Assembly: GCA_012519815.1 (NCBI GenBank)
Contig: JAAYPM010000016.1
Span: 1,675 to 65,674, forward strand
From: Bacteroidales bacterium
Lineage (GTDB): Bacteria; Bacteroidota; Bacteroidia; Bacteroidales; UBA1715
Length of the DNA: 64,000 bases
Direction of reading: 5' to 3'
The notes beneath the pieces were generated by a model. The model saw only the letters and a program-made list of their open reading frames with translations, did not search any database and was not told where the DNA came from. Positions 41,304 through 50,300 of the stretch are shown here, piece by piece. Each line of letters starts with the position of its first letter. Within the stretch, counting starts at the first letter, position 1. Position numbers and translations under genes: made by a program.

Positions 41304-41909
41304 ATGAAACATCTTATGCGTTTTTTTACTCTATTCTGCCTGCTTTTTTTGATTTTTCAAGGGAAAGCACAAGAAGACACAATATATTCAGATAATACCA
41401 TTGTAATACAACAAGAAAAAAATCATTCCCCAAAAATTGCAACTATTCTTTCGGCAGCTTTACCGGGATTAGGACAAGTTTACAATAAAAGCTATTGGAA
41501 AGTTCCTGTTATTTACGCAGGATTTGCTGGTTTAGGGTATGTAGTGTCTCAAAATCATATATTTTATTCTGATTTTAAAAATCAATATGATGCATATCGC
41601 ACCTATTCAGAAAGAGAAATCGCTGCCGGACGAACTCCTCAAACAGATACACTTTTAACGGTTCGTGGTGTAGATGGTTATTCTGTTTTTTCTGTAAAAG
41701 AAGGACGAGATTATTATAGACGAAGACGAGATTTAGCAATTATTGGAATAGGAGCTTTGTATTTCATAAATATTATTGAAGCATATGTACATGCACATAT
41801 GTTTACATTTGATATAAGTGAAAATTTAAGCATTCGCTACGCTCCTTTTTATCATGTCTCATCTTTTAACTATCCAACAACAGGTATGCGTTTTATAGTA
41901 ACATTTTAA
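41304..41909 (+). CDS. DUF5683-like membrane protein conserved downstream of parB in Bacteroidota
   Basis: 201 aa. Signal/TM segment, then SAALPGLGQVYNKSYWKVPVIYAG, characteristic of the family as I recall it. Confidence 0.7.
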   Translation: MKHLMRFFTLFCLLFLIFQGKAQEDTIYSDNTIVIQQEKNHSPKIATILSAALPGLGQVYNKSYWKVPVIYAGFAGLGYVVSQNHIFYSDFKNQYDAYRTYSEREIAAGRTPQTDTLLTVRGVDGYSVFSVKEGRDYYRRRRDLAIIGIGALYFINIIEAYVHAHMFTFDISENLSIRYAPFYHVSSFNYPTTGMRFIVTF

Positions 41910-41910
41910 A

Positions 41911-41942
41911 AAAAAGCTCAAAAGTAACCTTAAGAGCTTTTT
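41911..41942. terminator. Bidirectional hairpin terminator between the convergent DUF5683 gene and asd
   Basis: AAAAAGCTC (41911-41919) pairs with GAGCTTTTT (41934-41942). The flanking A/T runs give a U-tract on either strand. Confidence 0.7.
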
Positions 41943-41962
41943 AAAAATAGTATATAAATATG

Positions 41963-42973
41963 TTATTTTACAATACCTTCCGCAATTAAATATTCTACAA
42001 TTTGCACAGCATTAAGAGCAGCTCCTTTTCTAATTTGATCACTTACACACCAAAAAGTTATTCCATTTGGATTAGCAAGGTCTTTACGTATTCTACCAAC
42101 ATACACATCATCTTTTCCTGTAAGATTTAAAGGCATAGGATATTCATTATTGTCAGGATTATCAATAACTGTAATTCCTTGTGCAAGTTCACACGCTGTT
42201 CTAAATTCTTCGGGAGAAACTGGTTTTTCGGTTTCTGCCCAAATTGATTCAGAATGAGCACGCATTACAGGCACTCGCACAGTTGTTGCACTCACTAAAA
42301 CATCAGAATGCATTATTTTTTGTGTTTCATAAAACATTTTCATTTCTTCTTTTGTATATCCATTGTCTTGAAACACATCAATATGCGGTATTACATTAAA
42401 TAATATTTGATGTGCAAATTTTTCAATTTTCACATCATTACCAGCAGCATAATCTGCGGTTTGTTGTTCTAATTCCGCCATTCCCATAGCTCCTGCTCCA
42501 CTTGCAGATTGATACGTAGAAACGTGTACCCGTTTAATATGCGATAATTTTTCGAGCACGTTAAGAGCAACAACTAACTGTACTGTTGTACAATTAGGAT
42601 TTGCAATAATATTTCGCGGAGTGTTTTTTGCATCTGCACCATTTACTTCAGGAACAATAAGTGGCACATCATCGTCCATACGAAACGCACTTGAATTATC
42701 AATCATCAATGTGCCATGTTTTGTTATGGTTTTTGCATATTCTTTTGAAGTACTTGCACCCGCCGATGTTAATGCAATAGTAATATCTTTAAAACTATCG
42801 TCATGCTTTAATTCTTTTACCGTAAGTGTTTTACCCTTAAAATTAAATTTAGCTCCTGCACTTCGAACAGAGCCAAACAAAACAAGTTCATCAATAGGAA
42901 GATTTCGTTCTTCGAGAATTCGTAGAAACTCTTGGCCAACAGATCCGCTGACACCAACAATTGCAATTTTCAT
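41963..42973 (-). CDS. asd: Aspartate-semialdehyde dehydrogenase
   Basis: 336 aa. N-terminal [13 protein letters not shown] and active-site [11 protein letters not shown]. Confidence 0.95.
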   Translation of the reverse strand: MKIAIVGVSGSVGQEFLRILEERNLPIDELVLFGSVRSAGAKFNFKGKTLTVKELKHDDSFKDITIALTSAGASTSKEYAKTITKHGTLMIDNSSAFRMDDDVPLIVPEVNGADAKNTPRNIIANPNCTTVQLVVALNVLEKLSHIKRVHVSTYQSASGAGAMGMAELEQQTADYAAGNDVKIEKFAHQILFNVIPHIDVFQDNGYTKEEMKMFYETQKIMHSDVLVSATTVRVPVMRAHSESIWAETEKPVSPEEFRTACELAQGITVIDNPDNNEYPMPLNLTGKDDVYVGRIRKDLANPNGITFWCVSDQIRKGAALNAVQIVEYLIAEGIVK

Positions 42974-43015
42974 ACTTTTATTTTAATGAATGATTACTAT
43001 ATTTAAAGATATTTT

Positions 43016-43023
43016 TATATTTG
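43016..43023 (+). promoter_or_regulatory. -7 box (TATATTTG) upstream of the lamin-tail-domain protein gene
   Basis: TATATTTG lies 37 nt upstream of ATG 43060. It overlaps the TTG at 43021, which is therefore unlikely to be the start. Confidence 0.45.
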
Positions 43024-43059
43024 TACTGTTTAAACGCAACAAAAATACATTTTAATACC

Positions 43060-45399
43060 ATGAAAAGCAATGCAATATTTATATGCTTGAGCATATTTTT
43101 TTATGTTTCTGCATCAAGTCAACAGTATATTGATTTTAGTACTGTTTCTTTAACAAATTCTTACACATCTGTATCATTTTTTGATTCAGATTCTGTGCAA
43201 TGGCATGCTATAAAAGTTAGGAGCGGCTCTACCACACAAAACAATCGAGCAGCAGCATGTCTTAATAAATCTGCTGATGCATGTTTATACTCTGATTCAA
43301 TTACATATGGCATTGCACATCTTTCGTTTTTATATCAACAGGCATTTTCTACCAATTGCAATGCACAAGTTTTTATAAATGATAGTTGTGTAGGATTACT
43401 TACCACCAAACAAGAGCAAGGTATTACACACTTTTTTTCAGTTGATGTTTCGTGGTGTACAACTCCTGCTGTTATAAAAATAATTCAAGTTTCTGGCTCT
43501 TCGGGACAACTTAGCATTGCTGATATACGCTATGTGCCCGCATGGGAACCTATAAAACCTTTCACACTCAAAACGCATACATACGCCAATAACACATTGC
43601 GTCTTTCGTTTTCGGAACATATTGTAACAGCAACTATTTTATGCAATGGGGCTGAACATTCATTTGCCTATGAATCAGACAGTTCAATCATTTATATTTC
43701 CAACATAACAGCATGTGGAAATATTCTATGTTGCATACAATCGGCAACAAATACACTTGAACAACAAATAAACGACACATGTGTTACATTTTATAAAACG
43801 CAACGTCCTCAACAACATGATATTATAATTACTGAAATGTACATACACCCCAAACAGGAGTGCGGTCCAACGCCATTTGAATATATAGAATTATATAACA
43901 CCTCTGCATGCCCTATTGATATATCAAATATGCGCCTTATTCGAGACGAACTGTCGATTACTTTACCTTCATATATATTACCAGCAAAAAGTACAATTGT
44001 ATTATACGACGCAAAAGAAACGTGGATAGGTAGCGATTCTATATTACATATTGGCGTTTCAAAATTTCCGTCTTTACCAAATTCGCAGGCTCATATTGCA
44101 CTAGTTGGTATTCATAATGAAATTATATCTTCGGTTGCATACAGTGATTCATGGTATGGACATGAATTTAAAAAAAATGGTGGTTGGTCACTCGAAAAAA
44201 TTGACATTACAAATTATTCTGAAACGGCAGATAATTGGCGTGCGTCTGAAAGTTTTTCAGGAGGAACTCCGGGATATAGCAATTCTGTAAATTCCCATAA
44301 TATCGACACAGCAACCCCCTCTATTACTGCACTTTACTTCTTATCAGATACAAGCGTATTTTTACAAACATCTAAAAATATTTCTCTCTATCAAATTGCA
44401 CAATGCACACTTTCAAATACATATATTGATTCTGTAGTTTCTGATTCCTACTCATTACAAAAATTTATTTTGCATTTACAAAGTCCTTGTGTTCACGGAA
44501 TTGAATATATATTTGCAAATAATCATATTACCGATTTTTCTAAAAACACAACAGAATGGGAATATAAAATTGCACTATTTGATTCACTTTTACAAAGAAA
44601 CGCAATTATTATTCATGAATTATTAAGTTATCCCGAACAAGGCACATCAAGTTTTATTGAGTTGTATAACACAAGTAATCAATATTATAACCTTGCTGAT
44701 ATGTATGTATGCAGAATATATAATTCTAAATATTCGTCTATAGTGCCACTTTCGGAAGTTCCTTGTATTTTTGCTCCAAAAACATACGCAGTTATTTCCG
44801 AAGATATAGAATATTGGAAATCGCAATCAAATTGTGCAGAAAGTGCTCTTTTTGTTGGTATAAAATCGTTGCCCACATTACCAAATTCTGAAGGAAATTG
44901 TATTATTTTAAATAAATGGGGACATGTTATTGATAGTATTTGGTATAATGAAACATTACATAATCCCTCTTTATACTCAACTCGTGGTATTTCTTTAGAG
45001 CGTGTTTCTATACACGGAAGTTCCAATTCTCCTGCAAATTGGCAATCTGCAATTTCCCCATCTGGAAATTACACCCCCGGCTGTCAAGCAACAACATCTG
45101 AATCAGTAAAAATTATTGCAAAATCAAACATAATAAACGCACATAATAAGGCAGTAGAATTTGAATGTTCATCGGCACATAACATAAAATCAATTACAAT
45201 AAATGTGTATGCTATACATGGAGCACATTACACAAAATTCGCCTATGATTGCAATACAACACACCACTCTGTTTTTTGGTATGGCAATACCCTGCAAGGA
45301 AATACATTACAAGCCGGAGCATATATTGTAACAGTTAGCTGCGAATTACATAATTCTATTGTAGTAGAAAAAAGTTTTAGATGCCTAATACAAAAGTAG
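43060..45399 (+). CDS. Secreted protein with two lamin-tail (LTD) domains and a CTD-like beta-sandwich C-terminus
   Basis: Signal peptide MKSNAIFICLSIFFYVSASSQ. LTD signatures IIITEMYIHPKQE..FEYIELYNTSACPIDISNMRL and IIIHELLSYPEQGTSSFIELYNTSNQYYNLADMYV. Confidence 0.7.
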   Translation: MKSNAIFICLSIFFYVSASSQQYIDFSTVSLTNSYTSVSFFDSDSVQWHAIKVRSGSTTQNNRAAACLNKSADACLYSDSITYGIAHLSFLYQQAFSTNCNAQVFINDSCVGLLTTKQEQGITHFFSVDVSWCTTPAVIKIIQVSGSSGQLSIADIRYVPAWEPIKPFTLKTHTYANNTLRLSFSEHIVTATILCNGAEHSFAYESDSSIIYISNITACGNILCCIQSATNTLEQQINDTCVTFYKTQRPQQHDIIITEMYIHPKQECGPTPFEYIELYNTSACPIDISNMRLIRDELSITLPSYILPAKSTIVLYDAKETWIGSDSILHIGVSKFPSLPNSQAHIALVGIHNEIISSVAYSDSWYGHEFKKNGGWSLEKIDITNYSETADNWRASESFSGGTPGYSNSVNSHNIDTATPSITALYFLSDTSVFLQTSKNISLYQIAQCTLSNTYIDSVVSDSYSLQKFILHLQSPCVHGIEYIFANNHITDFSKNTTEWEYKIALFDSLLQRNAIIIHELLSYPEQGTSSFIELYNTSNQYYNLADMYVCRIYNSKYSSIVPLSEVPCIFAPKTYAVISEDIEYWKSQSNCAESALFVGIKSLPTLPNSEGNCIILNKWGHVIDSIWYNETLHNPSLYSTRGISLERVSIHGSSNSPANWQSAISPSGNYTPGCQATTSESVKIIAKSNIINAHNKAVEFECSSAHNIKSITINVYAIHGAHYTKFAYDCNTTHHSVFWYGNTLQGNTLQAGAYIVTVSCELHNSIVVEKSFRCLIQK

Positions 45400-45415
45400 T
45401 TAAAAGCACATAAAA

Positions 45416-47170
45416 CTATTTCATATTTGTATGATATAATTCAACAGGAGAAACAGCAGTTGGCTTAATTTCGCCCATTAATAATTTAACAACCGCTTTT
45501 TGCATAAATTCATCGCTACTATATGCATTTATTAAGAGTGGATTTGGCTCTAAATAAAACGTATTATAATATGGATTACTAAACGAAATACCAATAACTT
45601 TTTCTTTTGGTAACTCTTTAATTGTCCACAACGAATACGCCTCTGCATCTTTTAAAAATGGAGAACCTATAGGATTAAAATAATGATTTTCAAACGCAAC
45701 AATGTATTTATCATAATTAACAATAGACGTGTCCCAACGCCATTCCCATTTATGCAAATGCATATCATGTTCTAAACGCACCTCAAATCCACGTGCAATA
45801 AGTTCATTTTTTAAAACTTGAAATTCAGCTCTATGGTCGTTATGACTAATATTTGCAATAAAAATACGCTTTGTTTTTTCAGGTGAAAGCGGAATGTCAT
45901 TACGTGCGTCTTTTATAAGCGTTACGGATTTTTCAGCCAGTTCAGTAAAGGTTTTTTGTGCAAATTCCGCATGGTTTTCAGGAAGAGTTTGAATAATCTG
46001 AGATTGTTTTTCGAGTAAATTAAAATGTTCACGAATAGCCCAAATTCTTTCAACCGCATCATCAAGTCGTTCCATAGAAATTTCGCCACGTAAAATTCGA
46101 GCTTCCACAGTATCCATATATGCTAAATCAGGCCATAAAATCATATCAGTTCCTGCAATAAAACATTCTATAGAACGCTCAAGAGGATTTTCATAAAAAC
46201 CAGCGGTTCCTCCCATATTCATAGCATCAGAAATAACCACTCCAGAAAAACCCATTTTTGTTTTCAAAAGATCTTGTATAATTTCTTTTGATAAAGTTGC
46301 TGGTGGCAACACACCATCAATTGTTTGTGTTTGATACGCAGGGAATTGCAAATGTCCAACCATAATTGCAGGACAGCCATCATTAATAAGCGTTTGAAAA
46401 ACCTTACCAAATGTTTGTTCCCACTGCTCAAAAGACAGATTATTTGCAGAAGTAATAAGATGTTGGTCGCGGATAGTGGCACCATCACCTGGGAAATGTT
46501 TTACCGTAGAAACAACCCCTTGTTGATGCATTCCACGTATTTGTGCTCGGAGAATTGGCAAAGCAATAGTTTCTTTATCAGACACAGCACGTTCAATTAC
46601 CAAAGGATGAAGCGGATTCATATTTAAATCGGCAACAGGGTGTAATAACCAGTTTATACCCAATGCACGAGATTCTTGCGAAAGAATTTGTCCATATGTA
46701 TATGCAAGTGCCGTATCATTTGCAGCTCCCAACGTCATTAAAACAGGTTGTTTTGTACCTGTATTATATAAATATCCCGTGCCTCGTTCAAAATCCTCGC
46801 TAAAAAACAAAGGGAATTTTGAAGCATCATTGTATTCCTGTATAATGCGAGGAATAAATTCTTCGAACAATAAATCATCGGGTTTGTTATACATAAAATG
46901 CCATTGTGCCATAAACATTCCACCAATAGGATATTTATTGAAAAACTGCTCAAGACTACCATTACCAACCTGTAAATGAGCATAATAATCTGATGTAATC
47001 ATCATTGTTTGCCCAATTTTTTCGCGTAACGAAAGTTGTTTCCACGAAGTGTCTGTAGCGGTAAATTGATATGCGTTTTTAGAACAAATTTGTGATTCTT
47101 TTGGTGTACACGAACTAAAAGAAAGAACAAAAAGCACTACGGGAAAAAAAATAATAATTGTATGTTTCAT
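45416..47170 (-). CDS. Glycoside hydrolase family 3 (NagZ-like beta-N-acetylhexosaminidase) lipoprotein with C-terminal extension
   Basis: 584 aa. Signal peptide with Cys (FSSCTPKES). GH3 motifs VKHFPGDGA and GVVISDAMNMGG. Confidence 0.87.
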   Translation of the reverse strand: MKHTIIIFFPVVLFVLSFSSCTPKESQICSKNAYQFTATDTSWKQLSLREKIGQTMMITSDYYAHLQVGNGSLEQFFNKYPIGGMFMAQWHFMYNKPDDLLFEEFIPRIIQEYNDASKFPLFFSEDFERGTGYLYNTGTKQPVLMTLGAANDTALAYTYGQILSQESRALGINWLLHPVADLNMNPLHPLVIERAVSDKETIALPILRAQIRGMHQQGVVSTVKHFPGDGATIRDQHLITSANNLSFEQWEQTFGKVFQTLINDGCPAIMVGHLQFPAYQTQTIDGVLPPATLSKEIIQDLLKTKMGFSGVVISDAMNMGGTAGFYENPLERSIECFIAGTDMILWPDLAYMDTVEARILRGEISMERLDDAVERIWAIREHFNLLEKQSQIIQTLPENHAEFAQKTFTELAEKSVTLIKDARNDIPLSPEKTKRIFIANISHNDHRAEFQVLKNELIARGFEVRLEHDMHLHKWEWRWDTSIVNYDKYIVAFENHYFNPIGSPFLKDAEAYSLWTIKELPKEKVIGISFSNPYYNTFYLEPNPLLINAYSSDEFMQKAVVKLLMGEIKPTAVSPVELYHTNMK

Positions 47171-47371
47171 GAGTATAAAATTTACGTTTTAAAAAGACAC
47201 TAAAACCCTTATGTGTGTTTGTTGAAAAGACAAATTATCTATTCATTTTTCAAACACAAAATATCATTACGCTAATAAAACTCAAATATAATAAAAAAAA
47301 TTATTGGAATGCTTACATTTAGTGTGTCTATAAAATAAAACCGTTCAAAAAAGAATTAACTAAATATTTTT

Positions 47372-50300
47372 TTAATCTACCAATACTTTTTGGGCACATT
47401 CCCCAGTACGGAATTTACAAAATATATAATACACCCCTTTTGCAATACTGACTGTTGGTATAGTAGAAGTAAATTCATTTATGCGATACACTAATTGCCC
47501 TGTAGCACTCAAAACTTCAATATATTCAGTGTTATTTTGTACGTCTGAATTACATTCTAATATGATTTTTTGCTCTCGTGTATTATAATATATTTTTATT
47601 AATTCATCGGTAATTAATGCTTGATTAATAGAAATAATTTTAGAATACGACGACATTCCATCATAATCAGTCTGTTTTAATCTATAATACACAATATCAT
47701 AATGTACCGTATTATCTAAAAATTCATATTCATGCATAAACGATGAGTTTCCAGCACCAGGAATATATGCTATGCTATTCCATGTAATTCCATCATAGCT
47801 TCGTTCAATGGTGAAAAAATCATTATTTGTTTCGCTTGCAGTAGCCCAATATAACATAATTCCTTGTTCTGAGATATATGCAGAAAAGTCAATTAAATCT
47901 ATAGGTAGCGTATTATTAATTCCATCAGAGGCTGTCCAGTCAGAAAACGATGATATGTCTGTTAAAATTAATTTATTAGCAATAATATCACGTGTTGGAG
48001 CAAATCGCGACCATGTAATTCTATTATCTATTGATTTATAAATATCTAAAAAACCTGCTTCATGACCATAAATTTCATGGTCATAATAATGAAATACCAT
48101 AGTACTATTAAATCCAGAATCATCACCATCAGGATTAATCGTAAAATATCGTAATATTCCTTGATTACCATCTACACCCATACACGCTTCTCCAGTAACA
48201 CGAGTTATGGTAGTGTTTATGTTATCTTTATTTGTTTCATGTAACTCTATACCTATTCCTCCAAACATATTATTTATATCTTTTAACAATACCCTTGTAG
48301 CCTTAATAGAACCAAGTATGTATGATGATGGATTAATAGCGGTTTCTATAAGATTTCCCGACATTCCTAAATCAATTACGTACCCATCAGTATCAAAAAT
48401 TCCATTGGTAAGTGTTAGTGTTTCTGCCACCGAAATATTTCCGGCCAACACCGTTCCTGCGGTATTATTAATTGTGAGATTATAAAAAGGAACAGCAGGA
48501 ATTGTTTGTTCATACGTGCCAAGCATATATACTCCATTTACATTTGGTGTAAAAACGCCACTGTTTGTAAACGCACCATGAATATTTATAATAGATTCCC
48601 CTCCATCAATTTCTCCTGCCGCAATATCAAAATTATGTACCGTGATAGTATTTGTAGTAAAAGCAAGAGCATTTGAACCATTTTTTGTAAGATTTTGTGT
48701 GCTTGGAGATATTGTTCCTGACAATGTTATTTTATTATTTGCAGTAATAGTTGAAGCCCCTGAAAGCACTATATTTCCTGCAAATGAAGCAGCACTTCCA
48801 CTACTATTAAAAATAACTCCACTTCCAGACACTCCAGTACCTGTAATAGTAAGCGGTTTTATAGGATATAATATTCCATTTAAATCTAAGGCTCCACCAT
48901 TTTGTATTATAACCTCATTATCTGTAGAGCCAAGAGCGGTAGTGCTTCCTAATTTAATAGTACCTGCTTTAATTGTTGTGAGACCTTGATAGGTATTATT
49001 TCCCGAAAGCGTTAAAGTTCCTATACCATCTTTAATAATTTGCAGACGAACATTTCCAGAAATTTGCCCACTAAATGTATAATCTGCGGTATTTTGAACA
49101 GTAAGACGAGCTACTGTTGCTCCATTATACGTAGTAACATTTCCATTACCTTGTAGTCCTCCAATAATTTCATTATTTTCGGTAGAACCAGCAAGCCCAC
49201 TTACAATAAGCAATGCACCACTTTCAATTGTAACAATAGTTCCTATAGGAAGTTGCCGTGTTGCACTGGGAGTTCCCAAACCACCTAATTCTAATTCTCC
49301 AGCATTTACAAATGTGTTTCCTGTGTAGGTTTGCATGCCTCGTAACACAAGCCGTCCAGTACCATTTTGATGTAGATGCCCCGTTCCTGAAACAATATGA
49401 GAATAAGTATATGTATCACTACGTGCAAACATAAGAGTGCCATTATTAACCGCATTGCCAGGGAGTATTCCTGTGGTAGAATTATTTCCTATTTGCAATG
49501 CTCCACCAACAATAGTAGTTATGCCAGAATATGTATGATTACCGCTAAAAACCCATGTGTTTGTTGCACCTGTTTTAATTACAGAAAGAGTTCCTGAAAC
49601 AGGATCTGGAAGAATAGGAGCAAAATAATTTGTAGTTGCAGTTCCTCCTCCAAATTCTAATGTTCTGTTGCCTGTTCCCGTCATTACAATTGTTCCAGTA
49701 TTTGTCCATATTTGTGTTCCTGTTCCACTTGCATATATTCGTCCACCTTTTTCTGTTACAGTAAACAATCTATCAGTACTTCCCCCAGATCCTACATATC
49801 GAAGAATACCTCCATCAAGAATCACATTTGAGGCGTTACTCGAAGATGCTCCAATACCAGAGTTACTTCCACCATTTGCAGTTATTGTATAATTAATTCT
49901 ATCATTTAAAATAGTTGTTGTGCCAGTATAGGAATTTGCATTTGTTAAATTCAACTCCCCATTTCCATTTTTAGTAAGATTTCCTGTTCCCGAAATAATT
50001 CCCGAGTACGTATAATTATTACTTCTATAAAAAATTAACTCTGAATTATTTACAATATTTCCGGCAACAATTCCAGTTGTAGAATTATTACCCAACTGTA
50101 ACGCACCAGCAGATATTGTTGTTCCTCCCGAATAGGTGTTTGTTCCGGTTAAGGTTAAAACTGCGTTACCAATTTTTGTAAGCGAACCTGTTCCCGAAAT
50201 AACTCCTGAAATACTAAACGGAACAGTATTTTCAACAGTAGCAGACCCATGTAAGGTAACATTTCCCACAATTGTAGAATTACCTCCATCATTATTATTA

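Noticed and set aside
47195-47329. Long-range inverted repeat AGACACTAAA / TTTAGTGTGTCT in the GH3/PATR intergenic region
   Set aside because: The match is short and imperfect in a very AT-rich spacer. It is well within chance expectation, and no associated structure or ORF is present.
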